From positions 63,922,001 to 63,986,000 of the forward strand of contig OX597826.1 of NCBI GenBank assembly GCA_951406725.2: a DNA stretch of 64,000 nt. Direction: 5' to 3'. Shown here piece by piece: positions 51,425-63,715 of the stretch; positions within the stretch are counted from its first letter, which is position 1; each line of letters starts with the position of its first letter. The translations under genes and the position numbers were made by a program. Origin of the DNA: Octopus vulgaris (taxonomy: Eukaryota). A model generated the notes under the pieces. That model did not search any database. It saw nothing but the letters and a program-made list of their open reading frames with translations, and was not told where the DNA came from.

Positions 51425-51745
51425 CATCATCATCATCATTGTTCGACCGTGGTCGAGACAATGGAATTTACCATGCTACGCCAGACTTCACGGTCCATCA
51501 TGGCATTACGGAGGTCCTGTTGCTGGATGCCTGTATCCCTGGAGATTACATCAGGGTAGGAGAGTGTGCGCCCTCTGGTATTGCGAGTAGATGGCTTCCA
51601 GAGGAGAAGAGTAGAAATTACCTCTTTTTCAGCTCTACAACAATGTCCAGCAAACTGGACTCTCTTACCTTTCACAAGAGATGACACAGGTGGTAGTTTC
51701 CCATATATTTGCATTTTGGTTGGATGGCGCTTCCACGAGAGATTT
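51425..51745 (-). mobile_element. 5'-truncated RTE-clade LINE with 10-bp TSD
   Basis: Open C-terminal ORF (...RVQFAGHCCRA...LLLWKP...RGR...Y.DVI..D...MMDREVWR...), (TGA)n tail, TGCTAGTGCT at 51415-51424 and 51746-51755. Confidence 0.85.
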
Positions 51746-52125
51746 TGCTAGTGCTGCTGCCACCATAAAACGTACTCAGTACACTCTGTACAGAGATTGG
51801 TGATAGGAAGAGCATCCAACCGTATAAAACGAGCCAAAACTGAAAATAGCGGCAGTCTATGAGAGTAGTGGCTCCCAGTAAGAACTGACTTGGACTCTGA
51901 CAACATATCTAACCTGTGTCAGCTTGGAAAGTGGGTGTAAAAATGATAAACTTGACTGGTGTTTTATTTTATCAACCCCAAAAAGGTAAACAATGAAGCT
52001 AACCATGGTCAGAATTAAACACAAACACAAAGATCCAAAGAAATGTTGTCTGACATACTAACAATTCTGCCAGCTCACTGCCCTGTGTGAAGTATTAGTT
52101 GAATGAAAATATACAGGTGTGATTA

Positions 52126-52353
52126 TTAACCCTTTAGCGTTCGCATTATTCTGCCAAAATTAATCCTTTTTTATCCACATTGTTTTGAACTAATCATGCA
52201 TTACCTTGTAGCTATGAGAATATGATGAGGTAGCTGTTATTTTTAAAACAATATTGTAGGGTTAGTGTGAGAGACCAGATCTGGCCAGTTTGAACATAAA
52301 GCAGGCAGAATACTTCTGGCCGGATATGACCGGTTTAAATGCTAAAGGGTTAA
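52126..52353 (+). mobile_element. piggyBac-type MITE family A, best-preserved copy
   Basis: TTAA-CCCTTTAGCGTT...AATGCTAAAGGG-TTAA. Confidence 0.85.
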
Positions 52354-52760
52354 AGACCTATAAATGGCAATGACAAAATATTTAACTACATTCACAATTT
52401 TTGAAGATGAAATAAAATATGAATTACTTTATTTTATTTTATTTTATTGATATATCATTTTCAAAATGTATATTCAGTTTGATAAATTTATCAGACGTTT
52501 TTTTTAAAAAAATGTACAAAAACAACAACAGCAGTATGTTTCTTTTGTGTGGGGTCATTTGGTTTTTAAATAAAATAGAACACAAGCTGTACAAAAATAC
52601 TGGTAGATACATTATTAACAAGACTACAATGCCATAATTACCTATGTATTTGATGATTTATACTTCAAAAGACATAATGATAATTTATTTTTAATTAAAC
52701 AACCTAATGGTATGAAAGATTATATATGTAATGATACTAACATAAGCACAAGGCCATCAA

Positions 52761-53390
52761 ATGTGTGTGAGTGGGTATATATATGTATATGTGTGTATAT
52801 ATATGTATATACTTACATGTATATACATATATATATACACATATAGATACATACATATATATATATACACATACATATATACACATACATATATATACAT
52901 ATGTATACATCTACATGTATATATATATACATATATATACATATATATATATATATACATATATGTATATATACGTATATATGTATATACATATGTATAT
53001 ATATATATACATGTATATACATATATATACACATATAGATACATACATATATATATACACATACATATATACACATACATATATATACACATATACATGT
53101 ATATACATATCTATATATATATATACATATATATACATATATATATGTATATATATATAGATATGTATATACATGTATATGTGTATATACATATATAGAT
53201 ATGTATATATATGTGTATATGTATATATATAGATATGTATATATGTGTATATATATATAGATATGTATATATGTGTATATATATAGATATGTATATACAT
53301 GTATATATATACGTACACATGTATATACATATATATATATGTATATGTGTATATATATACATATACGTGTGTGTATATATATATATATAT
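52761..53390. repeat. long imperfect (TA)/(CA)/(TG) microsatellite
   Basis: Direct reading; source of the spurious YIYI ORFs; second tract at 53577-53770. Confidence 0.95.
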
Positions 53391-53394
53391 GCTA

Positions 53395-53580
53395 GACCAC
53401 TGAAATCTAGAAGTTTTTTACATTCTTTCTGTGTTTATTTTCTCTTATTCCTTTCTGTTGAAGATCATAGGCTCGAAATGTAAAAGACTTTTTCATTTTT
53501 CCTGTGTGTCAAACTAATACACTTGCTTGTTGTTTGTACACCTGTTTTCATCTTTTGTTTTTCTATATATTTCAACTATA
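53395..53580 (+). mobile_element. possible Penelope-like terminal fragment with eroded hammerhead
   Basis: CTTTCTG-TTGAAGA-TC(ATAG)GCTC-GAAAT-GTA-AAAGA at 53451-53487. Confidence 0.35.
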
Positions 53581-53611
53581 TGTACAAATATACATATATA
53601 TATATATATAT

Positions 53612-53644
<33 letters not shown>

Positions 53645-53942
53645 TTCACACACACATATGTATATACACATATATGTGCATACACATACACAGACACACG
53701 CACATATATACACACATATATATATACACATATATATACATACATATACACACACACATACATATATATGTCATATTGAAGTTATTTTTAATAGGGTAGA
53801 AATTAGACATAAACCAAATAAAGGGTTTTGTTTCTCCACTTGACATTCTCACAAATTACACATTAATGTTAATTGACTTTTTTAACAAACTAATCTAAAT
53901 TCTTATCCTATTAGCAGAACTCACTTTTATTTTATATTTTAG

Positions 53943-54023
53943 ACATCGTGAAAGAAAATGCATCACATCTGAATGTATCTATAAAATGCTGAACTGGCAG
54001 GAGTTCACAAGGAAAATAAACAT
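53943..54023 (+). CDS. candidate internal exon HRERKCITSECIYKMLNWQEFTRKIN (unknown gene)
   Basis: CTTTTATTTTATATTTTAG acceptor, AT|GTAAGC donor, 81 nt, only the phase-2 frame is open. Confidence 0.4.
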
Positions 54024-54068
54024 GTAAGCAAGCACTCCATGTCCTCTCACCAGCACTATATTATCAGT

Positions 54069-54310
54069 CTAGTTAAACAATTAATGACCTTAATTCTCAA
54101 ACTGTAAATAGATATTATACAGCAGTATATTTTATCACTCTCAGTTTTGAATTAACATAGTTAACTCTCAACGACCTCAATTCTACTTGTAAACAGATAG
54201 CTATAGAGAGGTATGGTTTATCACATCTAGTTGTGAATTAACATACTTAACTCTTAATGATCTCAATTCTCTTTTCTAAATTTACATATAGAGAGGTATA
54301 GCTCATCACA
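54069..54310. repeat. degenerate ~88-bp tandem repeat, about 2.7 copies
   Basis: Recurring TTAA(T/C)GA(C/T)CT(T/C)AATTCT...TATAGAGAGGTAT...TCAC...GAATTAACATA. Confidence 0.65.
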
Positions 54311-55630
54311 GAGCCATTAAAATTCACAAATGTTTTATCTTGAAAATCTGAAGTCAAATTCCACTGTGTGCACATCTACTTAAACCAATCATTAGATGCA
54401 GAGGAAGTTTTTAATATTTAAATGACCTAATATGATTATGCAATATTACGTTCTTTTTACTAATTCAAAAGTTGTGAAATTAAACAATTTCCTTAAGTTA
54501 TCTGAAAAGTTAAATTTTTAAAAATTGTCCTATTTATATATATATATATATATATATTTCCTTTTTTTTACAAAAAACTGTATTTCCTTTGTTTTAATTT
54601 CATAGTAAATAAATATATAACAATAGTGACAACAAAAGATGTTTTTATATTCAATGCCTTACTCTTAGCTTTAGATATTTCCATGAAAATTATAGTTAAG
54701 TGAGTGATGATTGTTTTAACATAAGTTTACAATCAGCTTTGACAATAACATTACTTGAAACATTACAAGCCTGAAGGTATCTTAAGTCAATACAACCTGA
54801 ATGTCAGAACCATTGACCGAAACTAACCAAAATTGTTTCCAAGCACCAATTTAACATATTTTTTTTAATGAAGCAGAAATTAGCTTTATGAGACTAATGC
54901 TGCTAAGATGTGAATGAAGAACTGCACTAGCCAAGTGGTGAAAGGTGTTGATATCTCAGCTAAGGGGTCTCAACTTCACATCACAACACTAAACAATGCA
55001 CTGTATTGTTTTAATTCTAATTCAGAGGCCATGTTCTGAACATAACTCAGTCCCATTTACAGGGCTACGTCTACAGAGTAGGTAAGAACAGAGAGAGGGA
55101 CTAGATAAAATAAATGGACATAGTGGTAAAACACTGAATTAACTGGTTTGGTTGGGTCTAGAACATATAGATAATAAAATCCTCATGTCACACAAAAACA
55201 TGTGTCCAAGAGCTCCAGTATTCTCACAGAGACCAAAGCATTGGGTGTGTGGCATTAAACAGAAAAGAGACAAATCTCCTCCTGGCTAGGATGCCAGTCT
55301 CATTTTGGAAGTAACGTTCCCAGACGATCTGGTACCTATTCGGGACAAATGTATAAGTTGAGATATTAAGTGTCTAGTCTAGCAAGAGAAAAAAGTTACA
55401 CGCAAGATACCTTTGTGGTTTTGAACTTGAGTCTTATGCAATTGTTGCCGAAAACCATATGAATTTGGCCATTTTAGTTGTATTCACATAAATATAGAAC
55501 AGACAGTGAAGAATTATTTTGACACCCAAATAAATTAAACTGCAAGACAAGTAAGAAGTGAGTAGGTTACTGATAGTAACTGGAAAGACAACAAGAGTTA
55601 GATATAGGTAGACATGACTTCATCTTTTAG

Positions 55631-55702
55631 TGGAGCAAAGAAAGAAAATTTAACCCTGGAAAAATGGATGATGCTTCAAAATGCTCTCTTTCAGACAAAT
55701 GA
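55631..55702 (+). CDS. candidate internal exon GAKKENLTLEKWMMLQNALFQTN (unknown gene)
   Basis: CTTCATCTTTTAG acceptor, GA|GTAAGT donor, 72 nt, phase 2-2, in frame with 53943-54023. Confidence 0.4.
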   Translation, partial: WSKERKFNPGKMDDASKCSLSDK

Positions 55703-56097
55703 GTAAGTATTGTGTGTGTGCGTGTAAAATACATAGATATAAATGTGTGTGTATGTCATATACACACGTGCATGAAGAATGAGCTTTTGAAGTGATATTA
55801 ACCAACAATGGAATTGGAATAAACTATTCCTCATACCACACTCTCAATTTTAAACCTTTTTGAAGAGAAAAAAAATTTGCTTCTATTTGCTTTGTGATAT
55901 GAAGACACGCTTTAAAAAAACCCAGTTTTATCAACTTTACAATCTCAGTTTTGAAGTAAGGCAACCAAAGAGAGAAAGATGATACAGAATATTTTCCTGG
56001 GAACCAGACATTTCACGAAAAGGTTAAGATGGAAAGGTAGATAGCTGATTCAAGATAACTAACAACAAGAATAAAATTATTGAAGGAAGTTGTTCTC

Positions 56098-56100
<3 letters not shown>

Positions 56101-56137
<37 letters not shown>

Positions 56138-56193
56138 TATACATACATATATACCCAACACATGCCAGTATGGAACACAAATGTTAAATGATG

Positions 56194-56260
<67 letters not shown>

Positions 56261-56335
56261 CATACATATATACCCAACACATGCCAGTATGGAACACGAA
56301 TGTTAAATGATGCTAATATATATATATATGTATAT
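56101..56335. repeat. (TA)n tracts with a duplicated ~60-bp unit
   Basis: ATACCCAACACATGCCAGTATGGAACAC(A/G)AATGTTAAATGATGCTAA occurs twice. Confidence 0.85.
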
Positions 56336-56678
56336 ATCATCATCATCGTTTAACGTCTGTTCTCCATGCTAGCATGGGTTATACATACATAATGAATATG
56401 TGTGCGTCCGCGTGTACACATATATACCTACATAAGTTAAGGGTTGACAGTTATTTTGAAATAGCCTTTAATGATTTATGCTTTTAATATATAACTATGC
56501 AGAAAACAGTACACACATATTCACATGTATATGTGTGTGTGTGTGTGTGTTATATATTTAAATATAAAATTTTAAATACATAAATACAGTTTTTATATAT
56601 TAAGTAAATGTGTGTGTGTGTGTGTGTGTGCGCGCACATATATATACAAATACACATACACACACATAGGCCCAAATA

Positions 56679-58355
56679 TAAGTACATCTCAGAAAATTAG
56701 AATATTAAGGAGGAAAAAAAAATGAATATTCAAAAAATTTATTACTCTTATGTACAATAAATGTGGCAGTAGTGCTCCTTTTTAGTCTGCAAACAATTTC
56801 TAGTTTCTAGAATGATGACTATCCATTGTAAAAGTACAGACAAATATTTTAATTCTATTCTACTTCTCTCAAAATATTACAATATTGTCTGAGCATGTAA
56901 GAGTAATACTCATTCAGCCAATAATTTTTTTTTAATTTTTAATTTTTTTTTACAGAAAACATTAGTGCTGTAATCATGAGCAAGACCTCTGATCTAACTG
57001 TTGACTAAAAAGATCATCAGTAACATACTTCACGAAGAGGGGAAGACACAGAGAAGATTATTTCTTTAAAAGCTGGCTATTCCCAGATTTCAACATTGCA
57101 GCCACTTTCTGGGATACCATCTGGACATGCAAGATGAGGCAGAAAAAGGTGAGCCAGCAAGAGGGACAACTGTAACTTCAAGAGAACTGTGAAAAAAAAA
57201 AAAAGCCAGTTTGACAACAAGGAAGATTTTCATCAAAAGTTGACACAGAAGTTAGGGCATCAAGAACCACCTTGTACAGCAAGATAGCTTCAAGAGATGA
57301 AGCACAACAGCAAAGTACCTAGCACCAAGCCTCTTTTCACTGATAAGCAATGTTACAAGTGGTTGAAGGAGGCAAGGAGAAACAGGAAATAAAGTGATGA
57401 GCAGTGGCACATTGTGACTTTTTCCTGATTGGACTAAGTTTTTGTATCTCATTTGGAAACGAAGTTTGCAGAATTTGGAGGTCTGGAAATCACAAAACAC
57501 CAGCCATTAGAAACCCAGTCTCGAATTTCTGGCAATCAGTGATGCAATGTCATATGTAGATATTGGACTTTTGTGTTTCTTCGGAGTTACAGCCAATGCA
57601 CAAGTCTACCATGAGATCTTGGAGCATTTCTTGTTTCCTTATATCAAACATCAAGCTATTTGGCGATGTAAAATTTTTGTTTCAGCAAGATTTGGTACTT
57701 GCACATAGCGCCAAAGCAAACACTTCCTGCTTTACTGATCATCACATCAATGAGCTACCTTACCAAGGAACTGACTTGGCCTAAATCCCATACAGAAACT
57801 ATGGGGTATAGTTAAAAAGATGCCCAATTTGTGTCCCAGCAGTCATTTGGTTGTTAAGGCGGTTCCCACACTAGCAGTCAGTCAAAATGATTAAAACAAA
57901 TCAGCATCAATCAGGAAGATAATCATTTAATGAAGCTCAATGCAACTGCCTTAAAACTGCTCCCTGCCTTAAAACAAAAGCCTTGAGTATCCCTTTTTAG
58001 GAGCCAAAGGCTGCTAAGGAGACTACCGGGACTTCCATCAAAATTGACTAGTGTCACTAATTGGTTTCCTCTGTCATAATATATCCAGTCACTGAAGTCA
58101 AAAGAGCACCAAACATGTACTGACATTTTGTACCCACCTCTCGATTTTTAACCGACTTTCTAATGATATGTTTCTGATGTTATGCTGTTACATTCTAATA
58201 TTTCGAGATATTGGATTTTTAATGTATCAATAAAATGCTGGAAATAGCAATTTACATTTAGTGAGCCTAATGCAATTGAAACTTTTATGCTCAGACATTA
58301 ACTGACAACAAAGATTAACGCTTGCATAATGTTTTAATTTTCTGAGACACACCTA
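56679..58355 (+). mobile_element. degenerate Tc1 transposon with TIRs (interrupted at about 57820-58125)
   Basis: TIRs CATCTCAGAAAATTAGAATATT / AATGTTTTAATTTTCTGAGAC; transposase remnants LFPDWTKF and FQQDLVLAHSAK...FTDHHI...DL.LNP. Confidence 0.75.
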
Positions 58356-58945
58356 GAGATCGATATGTCATTATCTACATATACACATTCAAACACACAC
58401 TCACACACACACACATACTCATGTATGTGTGGGTGTTTGTATATGTACACACAAACACATACACACACATATAGATATTTTCTTTCTCAAGTAAATTTAG
58501 ATTTTATTTCTATTTTTATAGTTATGCAATATTTTTGAATTTTTCTCCTGCCAAAAAATTTTTTAAAAAAATCTTTAATATAAGGATTTCTTTGCATTGT
58601 GATGGTCATTCCTTTGTCCTATGTCCTGAAGGCAACAATTAACGACATCACAAGTGAAGCAGCATAGTTCCAACTGGAAAGTGAAACCAAAATTGCCAAG
58701 GAATTTGCTTTGTTGTGAAACTTAACCACCACCACCACTGTTACCACAGCATGCCACACACCATACAGCACCTGCCACAACAGAATCTTTTAAATATGAC
58801 AAATATTTGAAATATATACAGAAAACAATTTAAACTTCAAAAACATGAATTTGTTGGGTTTTTCTTTGTTTGTTTGGATTTTTTTTCCATACCCATCCCT
58901 TACTAATCCCCAGAATTATTCCCATACCCCCTAATTTTATAAAGG

Positions 58946-59215
58946 TCACCATTTTGATATCCACTCAGGACGGTTTTTAAACTTAGTCTTTGATCGACAA
59001 TAAAGATCTTTCTTAGCAGGAGGGTCTGATGGGCTTTCAATACTGACAAAACTTTTAGATTCACAGGTTGCAGTTGAGGGTCTCTTTGTTGTACATCCAG
59101 GATATGATACTTTATTGAGTGGATATTTCGAGTGTTTTGAACTGTATTCTGCCAACTGTTCATCTCTTGACAAACCTTTGCTGGGTCTAACAGTCTCTAG
59201 CCGTCTTAGAAAAGC
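58946..59215 (-). CDS. CFAP97: last coding exon of a cilia- and flagella-associated protein 97-like gene (KIAA1430 family)
   Basis: Strong TTTTTTTCTTCTTCCACAG acceptor; AFLRRLETVRPSKGLSRDEQLAEY resembles the CFAP97 segment [24 protein letters not shown] (from memory); Ser-rich tail ending RPEWISKW*; upstream exons not identified in the window. Confidence 0.72.
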   Translation of the reverse strand, partial: AFLRRLETVRPSKGLSRDEQLAEYSSKHSKYPLNKVSYPGCTTKRPSTATCESKSFVSIESPSDPPAKKDLYCRSKTKFKNRPEWISKW

Positions 59216-60900
59216 CTGTGGAAGAAGAAAAAAAAAAGAAATATTAACACAAATGAAGGTGAATTACTGCCTTTTTTTTTTTTTTACTTGGGTGGAAGCT
59301 AAGCAAGCACAAGGCTAATTCTAAAGTAAAACAACTGAAGAAACTGATTAGCTTTGAGAAAGGATTCCAGTTACAGTTTAGAAGGAACATCAAAAACATA
59401 AAGGGTTTGCAGTACTGTCCCCTGTTGCAGAAAAGAAGTGATTTTAAGGTGGTTCTCTCTCTCTCCCTTTCAGTCAAAACAGCTATGACAAATGAGTAAA
59501 AATCAGAAAGATAATTAATTTAATCAAGCTCAATGCAACAACTAAATCATTCCCCAACAAAGCCTTTGAGTAGCCCTGTTTAGGTCTAGTCTACCAGGTC
59601 AGCCAGCCAGCTTTAAGTAATGTTACAGAAGTATTGATAATTCAAAACCAATAAGACTTGAGATGTGAAAGCTTTTCCTGAAATAGGAAGTGCAGTACTA
59701 GTAGTGCAGGCAATGAGGAAAACAAGTATCAAACTAAAGAGATGTAATAAAGACAGTCCAGAACCAAGAAAAAAGTTGTTGATGGTCTATACTCCAAAGA
59801 GAGTGAAGAACTTAAATAAATAAATAAAATTTAAAAAAGCTGTTTTTAATGTGCTCTATTTCAATTATAGGGTGTATTTTGAGTGAAGTTTGGTTGCTGT
59901 TTTTATCAGACTGAACTATCATGTAGAGACTCCGTCTTTACAATTTGAGAGTAAAACCTATTGACATCAACTTTGCCTTTCAGCACTATGGTGTTGGTGA
60001 GACATGTGCTAGACATAATCAGCTTTAAGTCAATTGACAATACCTCTTCCCTATAAACTTCTGATTGTGTTCAATTATGAAAAAATCCTTATCATCTAAG
60101 TAGTGGATTTATTACAGTAGTAATTGGCCTTACAATAACTCTATTTCTCTATGTTGTGAATTCAAACCTTTCACTATGGTCTTTACTCCAAGTTAAATAA
60201 AATACGAATTATAATTCCCTCTATCATACTTTTATTACTACTCCTACTACAGCATCATTATCCTAACATTCTTCAATACTATATTTCACTCAGCTAAGGT
60301 GTCTTGTTTTGTAAGTACTTGGCAATTTCACTAATGCTGGTGCCATGAAAAAAAAAGCACCCAGTACAGTCTGTAAAGTTGTTGGCATCCAAACTGAAGC
60401 AGACATTGGAATTCAGTGCAGCCCTCTAGCTCACTGGTTCCTGTCAAACCATCCAACCCCTGCCAGCATGGAAAAATAGACATTAAAATGATGATGAATT
60501 CTTGATTTTGACCTAAGACCTAATCATAAAGATTATTGTAAAGTCAAGTATTCAATTAGCTATCTCCATGTCATAGATGACTGCTCAAGCAAAGCCAACC
60601 AGTTGTTACCAAAGAAACAAAGAAAGGAGAGAAGAAAAAAATACATATAAGACAAATCCATGAAGTAGCCTCAATGTGGTCGCTTGATCTGCTAAAAATA
60701 ACAGCAAAATCTCTCTGAAATTACACCACTTTACTGTCTTCAAAAGACAAGAAATGATAAGAAGATAGTGGATAATGTAAGGGTAGATGTCAGGACTAGA
60801 CAACAACCCAATGACTACAGTAGGTAGACATGAACTGATAACCATACCAAGTAAGTCTCTAGTCCACCTACTGGAATGTGCATCACTGAAGGACTTTATT

Positions 60901-61260
60901 AGGCACTGGTATGGCTGTGTGGTTAAGAAGTTTGCTTTGCCACCAAGCAGTTTCAGGTTCAGTCTCACTGCATGGCACCTTGGGCAAGTATTTTCTGCTA
61001 TTGCTCCATGCAAACAAATGCTTTGTGAATGAATTTAGTAGACATGTGGAAGACTGCCATGTGTGTGCGTGTCTACATTTGTGTTTGCATTTATCCTTTA
61101 CCACATGACAACTGGCGTTTGTCTATATCCCACTGACCAAGTAGTTCAGCAAAAGAGGCTGCTAGGGATATGAAGCCCTAAAAATAAGCACTGGCTTTGA
61201 TTTATTTGACTGTGCCCCAGAATGGTCGTAGTTCACTGACTGAAACAAGTAAAAGATAAA
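60901..61260 (+). mobile_element. SINE S2, diverged
   Basis: TGGCTGTGTGGTTAAGAAG...GGCACCTTGGGCAAG...ACTGAAACAAGTAAAAG. Confidence 0.7.
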
Positions 61261-61562
61261 AGCAACCTGGAGGAAAGCCAGTTACCATGACCCTTTAAAA
61301 GGTTCTCCAAGACAAGTGAGAGGAAGTTATTCTTGAACTAGAGACCTGACCTCTATGCTTGCAACAGAACAGACTCCATTAAAGGCAACCCAGGATGCAA
61401 GATGTTGGTGTTAAACCACGTAACAGATTAAGCCTAGCATCCCAGTAGGATTTGAACTTGGAACATTAAGAACCAGAACAAAAACATTAAGGCATCCTGT
61501 CCGACATTCAAATGATTTTATTAATTAATCCCTGAAGAATGAAGAATAATGTTGACATTGTT

Positions 61563-61858
61563 GGTGGCACATAAAAGCACCATCCGTTCGTGTCCGTTGC
61601 CAGCCTCGCAGGCCCCCGTGCCGGTGACACGTAAAAGCACCATCCGTTCGTGGCCATTTGCCAGCTCTGTCTGGCACCTGTGCGGGTGGCACATAAAAAG
61701 CACTCACGGAGTGGTTGGCGTTAGGAAGGGCATCCAGCTGTAGAAACACTGCCAGATCTGACTGGGCCTGATGAAGCCTTCCAGCTTCACAGACCCCAGT
61801 TGAACCGTCCAACCCATGCTAGCATGGAAAACGGACGCTAAATGATGATGATGATGAT
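61563..61858 (+). mobile_element. young SINE S1 with (ATG)n tail
   Basis: GGCACATAAAAGCACC repeats, GGAAGGGCATCCAGCTGTAGAAAC, CCATGCTAGCATGGAAAACGGACGC. Confidence 0.85.
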
Positions 61859-62465
61859 TGGCGTGATCTGAACTTAGAAACACTGAGATAAATACCAGCA
61901 AGGCATCCTGTCCAAAACTCAAACAATTTTGCCAGTCCACAGACCTGGACTGACACTTTATTTATTGACACAATAAAGATAAAAATTAAAGTTGACATTG
62001 GTGTGATTTGAACAAGGAACAGATCAACACCACAAGGTTTGTTTTTTTTTACCTTATGTTCTAACAACTCTGCCAATTTGCCTTGCCACCTTTGTTTGTT
62101 TGTTTTTTTTTTAAATTTTATATTGATTTTTCCAAAGTGTGAGCGTTTCCACAAATATTCTACAAATGGATAAACAGTCACAGCAGGTGTTTCACAGCCT
62201 TCTCCCAGTGGTGAAGTGGGACAAGTAGTCATTCATCAGTCAGCGGTTAGAATTAACCGAGCTGTCTGTCTGTTCATTCATCTGGTCATTCATTCATTTA
62301 TTTATTCTTGTTCAATCAATATACAACTAAAATAGGACTGGAGTATGTTATAGATCTGCTATTGACTATTTACTTACTCTCCCACGCAAAACTGATTTGT
62401 ACTTGGTTTGATTGAGTCATGTCTTTCACTACAGATTCTTATGACCTCACTTGAAAATCTTTATG

Positions 62466-62724
62466 ACGTGGCACGTAAAAAGCACCATCCGACCGACCAT
62501 GGCCGTTTGCCAGCCCCGTCTGGCACCTGTGCCGGTGGCACGTAAAAAGCACCCACTACACTCACGGAGTGGTTGGCATTAGGAAGGGCATCCAGCTGTA
62601 GAAACATTGCCAGATCAGACTGGGCCTGGTGCAGCCTTCTGGCTTCCCAGACCCCAGTTGAACCGTCCAACCCATGCTAGCATGGAAAGCGGACACTAAA
62701 TGATGATGATGATGATGATGATGA
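62466..62724 (+). mobile_element. young SINE S1 with (ATG)n tail
   Basis: Near-identical to 61625-61858. Confidence 0.85.
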
Positions 62725-62772
62725 TCACTTAACTTTGAAAGACATCAACTTAATATTATTATTATAGTATAT

Positions 62773-63715
62773 GCCACTGAGGTCAGCTTTGCATTTCATC
62801 CCTTCAGGGCCAATGAAATAAGTACCTGTTGAGTACTGGAGTCGATGTAATTGACTATTCCCTTCCACCAAAATTTCAAGCTTTGTGTCTACAGTGGAAA
62901 GGATAAGACTGTGAGCTTGGTAGAATCATTAACACACTAGACAGAGTGCTTAGTGGCATTTCTTCTGTTTTTATGTTCTGCGTTCAAACTCCATCAATGT
63001 AATCATCTTGCCCTAACCGCCACCAAAATTTCAGGCCTTGTGCCTATTGCAGAAAAAATTATAGTTATTATAATTGCCTCTGCCACTGAGATTGATTTTA
63101 CCTTTCACCCTTTCAAGATCAATAAAGTAAGCACAAGTTGAACACTGAGTTCAATGTAATTGACTAAGCTCCACTCACAAAACTTTAGGCTTTATGCCTA
63201 CAGTTGGAAAGATTATTATAAATATTATGCCAAAATTAGAAAGTATTATTATTATTACTACTATCATTGTTGAAGGTGGCAAGCTGGCAGGATTGTTAGC
63301 ACACTAGACAAAATACTAAGAGGTATTTTGCCAGTCACTACATTCTGAGTCTAAATTCCACCAATGTCGACTTAACCTTTCGGGGGGTTGATAAATTAAG
63401 CACCAGAGAAACACTGGGGTCGATGTAATCATCTAGTCCCCTCCCCCACAATTTCAGGCCATGTGCCTAGAGTAGAAAGGATTATTGTTAAGGTGGTGAG
63501 CTAGCAGAATGGTTAGCATCCAGACAACATGCTTAGCAGTATTTTGTCCATCTCTACATTCTGTGTTCAAATTCCACCAACATCAACTTTGCTTTACATC
63601 CTTTCAGGGTCAATAAAATACGTCACAAATGAGTACTAGGTTCAATATAATCAACCTACTTCCCCCACTAAATTTGCTGGCTTTGAACTAAAATTTGAAA
63701 CTATTATTATTATCA
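62773..63715 (+). mobile_element. head-to-tail array of about 5 S3 SINE units
   Basis: Repeated CCACTGAGG...TTTCATCC.TTC.GGG...AAGTACC...GATGTAAT...AAATTTCAGGCC...AGAAAG units joined by (ATT)n. Confidence 0.75.

Noticed and set aside
52757-53852. Many overlapping Tyr/Ile/His-rich ORFs on both strands
   Set aside because: Translations of (TA)/(CA) microsatellite, which lacks stop codons by composition
54069-54310. CRISPR-like repeat-spacer array (also considered 48940-49175 and 62773-63715)
   Set aside because: Units are degenerate along their whole length with no unique spacers, no cas genes, eukaryotic context
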